Positions 53,283 to 64,000 of a DNA stretch of 64,000 nt are shown piece after piece. The position numbers were made by a program, and so were the translations under genes. The first letter of the stretch is position 1; each line of letters begins with the position of its first letter. The stretch is taken from the NCBI GenBank assembly GCA_012295275.1, contig CM022665.1, forward strand, positions 30,876,001 to 30,940,000. The letters are read 5' to 3'. Under the pieces are notes generated by a model. It saw only the letters and a list, made by a program, of their open reading frames with translations, was not told where the DNA came from and ran no database searches. The stretch is from Chrysomallon squamiferum (lineage: Eukaryota > Animalia > Mollusca).

Positions 53283-55407
53283 TGCGATAAAGTATAACGC
53301 CTTGCATTAAAGAAACATGGTAGAATATTTATTACGTCTCTTGTTTAATGTATTAAGGGGTTGACACGACTATTCGAGCCAGGCGGAAATACTTGAATAA
53401 AACTGATTACTATTTGTAGTCTAATCAATATGAAATGATATCAGTCTTTTCAAGATCTTGTTGCAATCAACAAATCGCCAAGGACCGACGCTCGCACGGG
53501 ACTCTATCGAGAAAATACATTAAAGATATGAGAATATGAAAATTTAATGTACATTAGAGAAAGTAAATGGCCACACAATGACATAAACTTGACTTTGATA
53601 GGAAGACAGAGGGCTGGAACCACGAGAGACGAGAATAGGTGAGGGGAGTGGTTTTAGAGTTGGCTTCGCCAATCCTCTCCGGTTCCATCTCATCGTCGTT
53701 CAAATATTGAGCCAAAGTGATTAAGATGAATTCGCCAAACAGCACAATGAGTTATAGAGAGACATCAGCTTCTCTCAATAATGGACATCAAACAATCGAG
53801 CCATCGGATTCCATCAATGGTATGAAAAGAGATAAAGTCATCTATCCAGCCTTGAGGATAGATTCCAGTATTTGCCCTATTAATATTTAAGAAATTCTGT
53901 CCCCACGGGAATGCCATTCATTTGGAAATAGACGATAAAACGAGCCATTGCTCGCTGGTGTCCACCCGACAAATTGTGTACAGCCTAGCAATTTACCCGA
54001 GTTCACACGCGCGACCAAATAGGAAATGATTTTCTTTAAATCTCCCGAGACCTATATACAAACAGCGTCAAGCCTGACTTTTAAACAATGATGAGACTAC
54101 GTCCGTGTAATTAAGGTATCCACGCTAAACGTCCAGAGAATGTAAATCTACACAGGTAAAAAATCTTCAGTTAAGTTTTATGCACTGCTATACCGTGGTT
54201 TTAATGGCTTACCATAAGTTGAAACTGTCGTCCCCAGGTGTAAAACCCTCACTGTTGTCTAGACAACTGTTTTATACAATTAGATGAATCAATTCATCAA
54301 GTCTTTTCAACAATCGAAAGATGATTTCAAAATTACCATTTCAATAGTAACTGTTTTATAATTCATAGCAAACTATTCAGGTGTTTTCAATAACGAAAAG
54401 TTACAGTTTGAACGCGTATTGTTTTCACTTTGTTTTTATTTATCTGTTTATTTTTTCAGTAATGTATTTTGAATTTAAAATAATATATATATATATTTGT
54501 GTATTTTGTGGAACTCAGAGATATACCGTATTTGTGTGTACAAGTGTGAGCGTAAATGCATATGAAAATGTTTGTGTTTGTGTGCAGATGGTGTCCATAG
54601 CTAAATTTTAAATTATTGTTAATAAAGTTTTAAAAAATTTATCTTTGAACTTCTTTATTCACATACGAAAGCCAAATTCTTTTTACATGATCACAAACTT
54701 TTTTTTTTTTTTTTTAAAGTTAGAAGAATCGATTGCTCTAAAACCATTTCATCATAAAAACTTATTGAACAAAAATTTAATTGAAGTACGCTAAAACGGA
54801 ACATATCATAAACTTGGGGTTGTTCTGCTCAAGACAGGAAGATGACATAAAAAACCTGAAAATTATGTACACGAGGAAGTGATAGCGATTAGAATAGATA
54901 ATATGTCTCATGACAAATATCCAAACAATGAAAGAAAGGCTATAAATTAGCGTCATATTACAAAATTATTGTAATTTCAATGTTTTGACAGCCAAATCAT
55001 GAGCGATTTTTTTTTTTTTTTTTTTTTTTTTAAATGTTGTGGCTATTAAACTGGAGTACCGAAATGTGTAGACATTACTTTTATATGAGATTATTTAACG
55101 AAATTATGTTAGGTGTTTAGTGGCAAGCTGACAAGTGTAGGCGTTTATATAACAAAATAATTAACGGTTAGCAAAACAAGAACAGCAACAGAAAGATCAG
55201 CGACCATAGCAATAATAATAATAATGATGTTGATGATGATAACGATGATGATGATAACAAAAAAAACAAAAAATTAATAATGATATAGATGGTGATAATG
55301 ATGATGATGATATTCAAAATAGCCATAACATTAATGGTAATTAATTACACTATATTTACCTCATTAAATGAAATAAACAAGGTGTAAATTTCAAAATAAA
55401 AAAATAA

Positions 55408-55443
<36 letters not shown>

Positions 55444-55952
55444 CAATACACTGTAAGAGTAGGCTTCAATAACATACTGACTGTATTTAATGTGTGCCTA
55501 ATATATCATGTACACATCTCTATAAATATATAATAACAATTAATAAACAATACAGAACGATTTAATTTATAAATAAATGTTATGGCGTTGATGATGATGT
55601 TGACGCTGATGATAATAAGAAACAACGAGAACGAGTATATTAACATTGAAACAATTAATAATTCAAAACAGCTTAAAGAAATAACAAACTCTGCTTGTAT
55701 ACATCGCTACACAAACAACAAATTATAATACCAAAAAAACCCCACTGAAATAATAAAAACAAAATGATGATGATGATGACGAAGGAAATATGTAACAACA
55801 AAGATTACTACAACAATATTGAATTAATTAATAATTAATAACAGTTTGAAGAAATAACATCACCAAGACAAACCACAAGTTCTATTTTTTTTTTTTTTTT
55901 TTTTTTAAAGTATTTTTGAAATATATAAATAATAATAATTAAAGAACCTTAC

Positions 55953-56107
55953 CTAAAGTTGCTGAACCACTTGACTAGCTGCGCTGTGTTGTTCTTGTTG
56001 AACTTGACGTCTGGAAAGTACACTTTGAGAATCGCAGAACTCGGGTACCGGACGTAGAAGAACATCAGCTTCGCCTTCCTCAGGTGCATAGGTGTCAGAG
56101 TACTGGT
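55953..56107 (-). CDS. PROX1: prospero homeodomain exon: [52 protein letters not shown]
   Basis: Diagnostic Prospero-class homeodomain. Preceded by an AC acceptor with U12 branch point; ends at |gtaagg, phase 2. Confidence 0.96.
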
Positions 56108-59100
56108 GTGATATTGGTTAAGGCAAATTCTTTCAAATAACATTCCAATCAGAGAATGCTGTCGTAAAATATTTTTTTCTTAAAATTACGATCGTAGAAA
56201 TTGAATCGTCTAAGACAATGAGTTTAAAATTTAGAGGATTAATTATACAGAAAAAAAAAAGTTGTTTATAGTTTTAATTCGGTCTGAGCTAGAATCAACA
56301 TAATATTCAAGCATCTACCAAAGAATATAAAGAAAACAACACTGCATTTCTGGATACACCATGTATGATACTACTGAAAATTGATTTGACTTGCACTATG
56401 GTCTTTAATATTTAAGTTTTTGTCACAAAGTCGGTTGTTAACCAAATTAATGGCGGTCTCAATCTGTGTCCCATGGCCATAATATGGATCAAAATAGCAG
56501 AGAGAAATGAATGGATCTATCTATGTAAGATACCAAATGGAAGGTTTTTAAGAAATAATTTTAAAAGGTTAATAAACGAAAATATGGAAAAAAAGAAAAA
56601 AAAAGAAGAAATTTCAAGAGATGTATTAACATTAACAAGGACACGATTTGCTACAAAGACACACACATACCCACACTCAAAAACACAAACATTCACATGA
56701 CAGAACAAATCGTCAGTTTCTCTTAGTTGCTTCCCAAGAAAGTAAAATTAACTGAAATATGGCGCAGTAATTTTGCAAATTGGATAGCAAACGCGTGGCA
56801 GTTACAGCATCTGATTTCATCAAGGTGATAAGTGTTTAATGTATAAATAAATAATAAATTACCAATACAAACAAGTTGATATGCAAACAAAGGGGGAACA
56901 AAGGGATTTTTCAAAGTATTATAAATTGCCAATAATATTAACTTCATACAGCTATTCTTAAATGTATTTTTCTAAATTCTATACTTCATTTGCATTATTA
57001 ACGAGAAAATAACCTACAGGAAACCAAATACATTTCATCAGTTGTAACATCTATGTTTTAACTATCTTTATACGAACTGTTTCTGTACTGCAATATAAAA
57101 TCATTACCGAAATGAACGGGTCTTGCCTAATATATAACATACTGGTATGTGGTTCACCTATCTTGGACCGCTAATCACGTGTACCATTCAATTAAAGCTG
57201 CCACAGTAAGCGAAATCTTATAGCTTGCCTACATTTTGTAACATGTTGCAAGGCAATTTTAACGTTTCGGTGGTTTTTTAATATTGAGGTGAAATTTCTT
57301 TTTTTTTTTCTTTTTTTTTAATCCTCTCAGCATCTTTTATTTATTTACCTTTTGTTTAACCTATACCATATATTTTCAGCAAATTATATTATTAAAATAA
57401 ATGTTAATCTTCTCTCGTGTTTCAATTAAATCCCCCTTTCCAGCTAGCAAAGATTCTTATCAATAAACTCTTAACTACATAGCGAACGATCTCTTCTAGT
57501 ATTAAAAACTAATAGTTTTGTCATAAATCTATTGTGTCGAGATGAAAAGCTGACATCAGCTGTTACATTCTTATTTTGTATTCGCAGTTCCACGGACTTA
57601 ATTGGAAATACATTAAAAACAAGCGTTCAGCCTCCGGAAAGTTTCCGTTAGCGCGATTCGTTCTGGTTGGTCAGAAACTGGAAAGATTTCCTAGATCTAA
57701 GGTGTGAAATGCTAGAAGAAGTGCGAATTACAAACAAGCTGCTATTTCGTTTGGCCACACCTGTTGCAAGGCAGAAGCGAGGCGGGCTGGCGCTTCCTCG
57801 AGCCACTTTCTGGTTTCGAACAAAGTCTCCATTGATTAAGGATTCTAAATTTACCTAGAGCAACCTGCCGCATCGTTATCTGTGATATTAGAAATGAAAC
57901 AAAAGACGCGCAGCCACCAGCTGGTGCATCTACGAAATTAAACTGACACTGAAACGTATAACTAATGTTGCTTATCGCATATATCACCAAGTTTTTATCA
58001 CGCACTCTCATCCTGTTGTCTTGTGTCAGGACGAATTCTAGAAACCTCTAGAGCGGAATAAATTATTATCTTCAGTTCCGAAAACTGTATATTAACTGTA
58101 CATTGTACAACGCTTTAGGAGATCAAAGACTGTTACAGCATCATTAAACAGAGGTTTCGCTTATTGTAACAGCTATAGAATATCTCCTCTTTGTGAAGAT
58201 AATAGTTTGTGAGAAATATGGCACAGATAATTGCTGCGGGGTTTTCTGGGATGAACAAAGCAAATGAAGGCTGTAGCATGAGCAGAAAAAATAAAAATAA
58301 ATAAAAGTAATAAAACTTCACACTAAGAGAGATAAACCTAATTTAGCAAAATAAAAGAAGAATTCTAACAAACTAGTCACAAGAGTGAACGTTACCAACA
58401 CGTTTCAAAATAAAATATCACTTTTGAATTCTAAAACAAATTTTTAAAAAAGGGGAGAAAAAAGTTCTTACGATTTATAATTTACGAAATCTAGCAAACT
58501 CCATCAACAAAGTGTCCCATAAAAGACAGTTTGTGTGTTTTTTAAGTGTTCTTCGCCTGCTGTCTTAATGTCACTAAAATAAAATCTCCGAACGACAATC
58601 GATAAAAATAATTACAAAAACTAGTATTATAGGCTAACATTAAATATTAAGTCTGGTGAAAGTATCGCTGTATTAGTTTGAAATGGCTGTCGTTTATTTG
58701 TGAAACACCATCCATCTTCTGGCAGCGTTAAGCGCCAGGTTGAGGCGACTCACATCAATCAAAGGACAGCTCCCAGAAACATCAACAGGAAGGAAGCAAT
58801 TATTTCGACGACTGTATTTTAATACGCCAAATGCAATATACTGGCACTTTGTAATTAATTACACGTCGATAGAAACAGAACAACAAAAACACTCTACGAT
58901 TGGCATCCATATCTCTGGTAGTGAGTGTTTTCACTTTATTTGTCAGTCTACTTCTGGCAAATTAACAAATTTCGAATCAAAAATACAATAACCTTAATAC
59001 AAAAGATATTGCTTGTAAACAAAATCTCTTTTCTGAACTTATTCCCAATGTGTTCTTTAATTAATGCTCGGTCAAATATTTCCTCGAGATGTATATGCTC

Positions 59101-59805
59101 TACGACGTCAATTTAGCATTTCTAAATCTTCAAGTGTTAATCAGAATGTAAAGCATGTTTTTACGACATGGTGGTAATATCTTGTTCAGAAACTTCACAC
59201 CATACATGTGAGGCAGGACCAAGTAATTAGTAAATGTATGTTTTTCACGACTTAGAAATCACTCTGTTTCATGACAGTTACAAATTCATGCCAACCAAGA
59301 CTTGTTACTGTTAGACAATAGCCCCGTGGCAGCCCGTATGAATAGCTGGTCAAAGGAGATAGTTATCTGGAATTCTTGTTCTTCACAGATTCCGTACCAT
59401 TTAATTCAATCAGCGGTCAAGACAAGCTGCCGCGGTATTATTATCTCAAGCCAAGCCCACGCCCATACAATAAGTAGCAATTTTCCTCGTAACGTCTATT
59501 ATCACTCGCTCGTCATAATTAAACACCATCTCTCTCACAGCCGTCTTGCTACTTACACCAACGATTTCGTCTGCTTGTAATACTCTTACACTGGACTAAT
59601 CAACTCTGGACAACACGCTGTTACAGAATTAACGCCAGCAACCGAAGAACGCCAATATATTCTTGCAGACAGTCAATATTATTACTTTTGCAAAAAGGTG
59701 ATTGTCTTTCAATGATATGTAACATAAAATGCAATTAATTATTAAGATTTTTTTAAAAACCGTCATAATATTTCAAGATGTTTTCGTCTAATTCTGACTG
59801 AATAC

Positions 59806-59806
<1 letters not shown>

Positions 59807-59889
<83 letters not shown>
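59807..59889. repeat. (AAT)n followed by (ATT)n microsatellite
   Basis: Directly visible. Confidence 0.95.
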
Positions 59890-60419
59890 TATAATATATA
59901 TACATACACACACACAGATATATATATATATATACAAAAAAAACCCAAAATATATGAAATAAGAAGAATAAAAGAAAGAAATATTAACTAAATTACATAA
60001 ACATCCTCAAGTAAGGTTCACGATAAACTGAATAGTGTAAAATTCTCAATGTTACAAAGAAAGAGTTAGTTGTTTGTTATCTTATAAATATCTGATAATG
60101 TAACATGTATAAAAAAACACTCGATTTTCCTTTGTCCTGAAAAAGAAGCTAAAGATTGCGATAATGGAAAGCGATTTGACATCACTCCTTGACGACCTTT
60201 ACTTAAAGGTCAAATAAAGCCTGTATCCGCTTGAACTCAACCTTACTAGAATAAAATCCATTCCGTATTTTGTATTTAATTACATAATTAATAGTTGTAC
60301 ATTTAATGTGGAGACATGAAAATCCAAAATATTTCTAGAAAAGGTTGTTATGATATCTGATTTCACAGGTTTACAACAAAATTAATAATAATAATAAAAT
60401 TAATAATAATAATAATAAA

Positions 60420-60456
<37 letters not shown>

Positions 60457-60473
60457 TTAATAATAATAATAAT

Positions 60474-60507
<34 letters not shown>

Positions 60508-61503
60508 TAAACTTATCCTACAAAAAAAAAAAAGAAAAAAAAAAGGACTAAATTACAACTGACTTATTTTACAGAAATTAATATTACAGATTACAACATT
60601 AAAATATCGAATTAAGCAATTTACCAATAACGACCAAACACACATCTTAGTGTGTAAGAGACCTAGCGCAGTTTATCAGCCGTTTCTAGAAAGATCTTTT
60701 GTTAGGCTTTTCCATTCTTCTAATATTCTTACTAAGTGGTCACAGTGTTTTTTTTGTGTTTTTTCGTTGTTTTTTTTAAATAATAAACTAAAACAGTGCA
60801 GAATTTCAATTAGTGCTTTACAATGGCAATAAAATGAACAATGGCCAACACGGAGGAATAATCTTTTCTTTTTCACTTTGTTGGTGGACGGCGGTGCAAC
60901 AGAGCGCAGAAGACGCAGAAAGAAGACAATACCTCTATTGTTGCTCATTACTGTGCCATTTCAAAATCGATGCAGGTAGCAGCATTTTGCTTGTTAACTT
61001 AAGATGGGCCAAGGCTCTCGTCCAAATGTAATTCTCGTGTTTTGCCAACTGGGGTGTATTGTCTGTCAGTCATTAGCCTTAACGCAAGATTACGAGAAGG
61101 AATCAAGCTGGAAAACATATGAAATCTTATCCGTTCAGTAGGAAGAGAAAAAGTGCACCTTGGGGGAAAAACGTGTAAAATGAGACTGCGATAATAACTG
61201 TTATGATTTCGAATGACAAACCAGCATCAGTCAGTGTACGTAGACAAAAGGCCACAAATACTCATCATTCATCAAATTAAACAACCTTAGCCGTGCAAAT
61301 GGAAGACAGCGATCAATGGCATTGATTTTGTTTCTTTTATCTAACAATTTCTGAACAAAAATTTTCATGAACCGGGAAGGATAAAAGTTTACGAGGTGAA
61401 GTGAAAGATAAAATTGAAACACAAAGAAAACGTATTATTATTATTTACAAACTGCTCACTTCCCCCCCCCCAAAATAATAACAACAAAATATTGTAATAA
61501 TAA

Positions 61504-61507
<4 letters not shown>

Positions 61508-61575
<68 letters not shown>
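61508..61575. repeat. (GA)n microsatellite
   Basis: Directly visible. Confidence 0.97.
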
Positions 61576-61578
<3 letters not shown>

Positions 61579-61901
61579 CAGAGAGAGAAGAGAGATAGAG
61601 AAAAATGTATCTATAAAATATGCAAACTATTTAAAAATGACAAACAGAAATTGTTTGATGTTGTTTGTTTGAAGTGCTATCATTGACATTTAAATTTAGC
61701 TGATTCCCGTCAAAAGTTTTATTAATCATTTTATTATCAGAAAATGACATATTTACTATTATATTATAGTTTTGTAAATGAATTAAAAAAAAAAAAAAAA
61801 AAAAAAAGTTCTGCCAAATTAATTCAAATCTAAAATAAAATTTTTAAACATTAAAAGTAATATAAATGTTGACAGAAATTATCTCTGAAATCAGATTATT
61901 T

Positions 61902-62068
<167 letters not shown>

Positions 62069-62106
62069 TCACTAATAATAATGAACTTGTATTATAAAAA
62101 GGATAT

Positions 62107-63785
62107 CATGTGCATATACTGGCTGTCCCCCGAGTCACTGGGCGAGCCCTCAAACATGTCAGATCTGGAAAAATTCATCGCATCATCAGGTGACTTTGGT
62201 GACGATCTGTCAAACATGGGCGGCGAACTTGCAGAGAGTCGGCTTTCTGATAGACAACGTTCTCGAAGACCAAAGCCCAAGACGTCAGAATGCTGCAGAC
62301 TGGGGTTGGGGATGGCCACGCTTGTGGGCAGCATATGCGGCAGAAAGTGTGGGAATGATGAAGTTGGAGTATGGCCGAGATCCATCTGCATCGACTGAGG
62401 ATTGTCCTGGAGTAGCGCCGTTTTGGCTCTTGGAGAAAGTCTGGTGTCGGTCACTTTCGTTCGCTTCTTCTTTGGCGTGTTGCTGACAACCAAAGGAAGC
62501 GCCTCTGTCTGCTCGGGTTCTGTCGAGTACATGGGAGGCAGCATTTGCGTAGGAAAGTAGTATGGAAAATGTGGAAAAGGCACATGTGGAGTGACATGTG
62601 ATCGAGGCAGTTCAAAGTCTCGGTGTAGAGGTTCAAAAGCACTTATTTTGTTGTCCTGAGAACGGTTGCCAATATGATCATGCATTAGATCGTTCTTGAC
62701 TGGAATTATTGGACTAGGTTTCATTTCGTTCCAGATGGATTCGGTTTTTTTCTCTGATTCTTTGCTCTTCTTTACTGCTGTTGACGGCGATGGTTGATTA
62801 AAAACGGAACTTTTTAAAACACATTTCTCTATTAGTTTGTTAACTGCACTGTCGACCGCCTTCGTTATCGACTGCACTAATTCTGTCTTGACACTCTCAG
62901 CTATTTGTTGGAGATCTTCAGAATCTGTAGCGACCTTGCTGCTTGACGATTTGAAAGAGCTGAAGTCCGCTGGCTTTGGTATTATCAGTTCGTCTGGTCG
63001 ACTGTTATAACCGACACCATTACAGTCTTTGTTGTCCATTTCTTTCTCCTTCATCCACATCCTGACAGCATCACTATATTTACTAACCTGCTTGTTTACC
63101 TCTCCGTTGACATCGTCGCTGCAGAGGGCGTCGCAGCGTTGTTTTACAGCCTGCAGCTGCTGCTGAAGCTGTAGAATATGTTCTTGCAAGACGTTGTGGT
63201 TTCCGCGATGATACTTGCTCTCAGGACAACCAAACTTTGTGTCGTGCTGTTGTGGCTGGAGCTGTTTTCGTTTTGGTCGTCTGGTGTCTGTAATGCTGAC
63301 GGAGGTGTTGTCGGCGTGATCGCCTGGAGACTGGCGCATGCTGGTGATAATATTCTCAACGCGAGCTCGCTTAGCTTCTTTGGAATCTCCGCTAATAGGT
63401 GAATCATCCAGATCATTTGATGCCATTTCATCGAAGCCTTTGTCATCATCCCCCACATCATCAACGTCGCCGTCTCCACGAGTGCTATCGACGTCACTGT
63501 CAGGGACAGAGCCGTTGCAGCAGGAATGAACGGACGCTGCGCTGTCGACTGAATGTGTATCTCGAGCTCCTGACTTGGACCTCAGCATGCCGTCTATCAT
63601 ATCAGAGTCAGCATTGCCGTTAGAGCAAAAGCTTTTCATACTGTTGTTATTATTGTTGTTGTTGTTGTTGTTGTTATTATTACTCATCTTATTTTCTTTG
63701 TTTTGAAGAATCTCTCTCAAAAGCAGTGTTGTATCACCGGAAAGACTTTCAACACCGGGCATCATTGTCATAGGACCTGAAAAAC
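62107..63785 (-). CDS. PROX1: prospero/PROX1 large N-terminal exon (first Met in window at 63771; an upstream exon lies outside the window)
   Basis: 613-aa ORF with Prospero-family motifs KRARVENII, KRKQLQPQQH, EQTEALPLVV, TPKKKRTKVTDTR (NLS-like) and LPTSVAIPNPSL. Acceptor tttacag| at 63785; ends at U12 donor ATG|ATATCCTTT. Confidence 0.93.
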
Positions 63786-64000
63786 CTGTAAAATAAATAT
63801 AAAACTTGAAATATACCAAAGTAATTAAGTAGTCAGGAAATAAATATGTATATAAGTAAGTATGTAAGTAAATAAGTAAGTAAGTAAATAAATAAATAAA
63901 TAAAGAAAGAAAGAAAGATAGAAAATAAAACAAAACAAAATAAGGTAAGATAAATTAAAATAAAACAAAATACAATAAATATAAAATAAAAGAAGAAATA

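Noticed and set aside
62081-63623. Several antisense or alternate-frame ORFs of 63-117 aa
   Set aside because: Shadows of the GC-richer prospero exon with no recognisable motifs.
63786-63933. Hydrophobic N-terminal ~49 aa of the 613-aa ORF
   Set aside because: Intronic low-complexity T-rich sequence upstream of a clear acceptor.

Overview
AT-rich, microsatellite-dense eukaryotic DNA from an invertebrate; protein similarity and repeat style suggest a lophotrochozoan, probably a mollusc (inference). Two spliced genes lie in tandem on the minus strand. (1) A complete GALNT2-type polypeptide N-acetylgalactosaminyltransferase with 15 coding exons from 30445 down to 6755, about 590 aa; all splice phases were reconciled by hand and intron 1 is about 15 kb. 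(2) A prospero/PROX1 homeobox gene with 4 coding exons from about 63785 down to 43957, about 716 aa from the first Met in the window. Its intron before the homeodomain is a 5999-bp minor-spliceosome U12-type AT-AC intron with a long (UAG/CAG)n tract just downstream of the donor. Also present: two pogo/Tigger-type MITEs, decayed SINE-like repeats, a long inverted-repeat pair between the genes, a 25-bp-stem intronic hairpin, a probable ~4.9-kb prospero 3' UTR with miRNA seed matches, several CpG-retaining enhancer-like islands, and a sharp CpG-poor to CpG-retaining boundary at the GALNT2 5' end. Most ORF-track entries are low-complexity noise. No prokaryotic systems are present. Comparisons with human and Drosophila sequences are from memory, not from searches.
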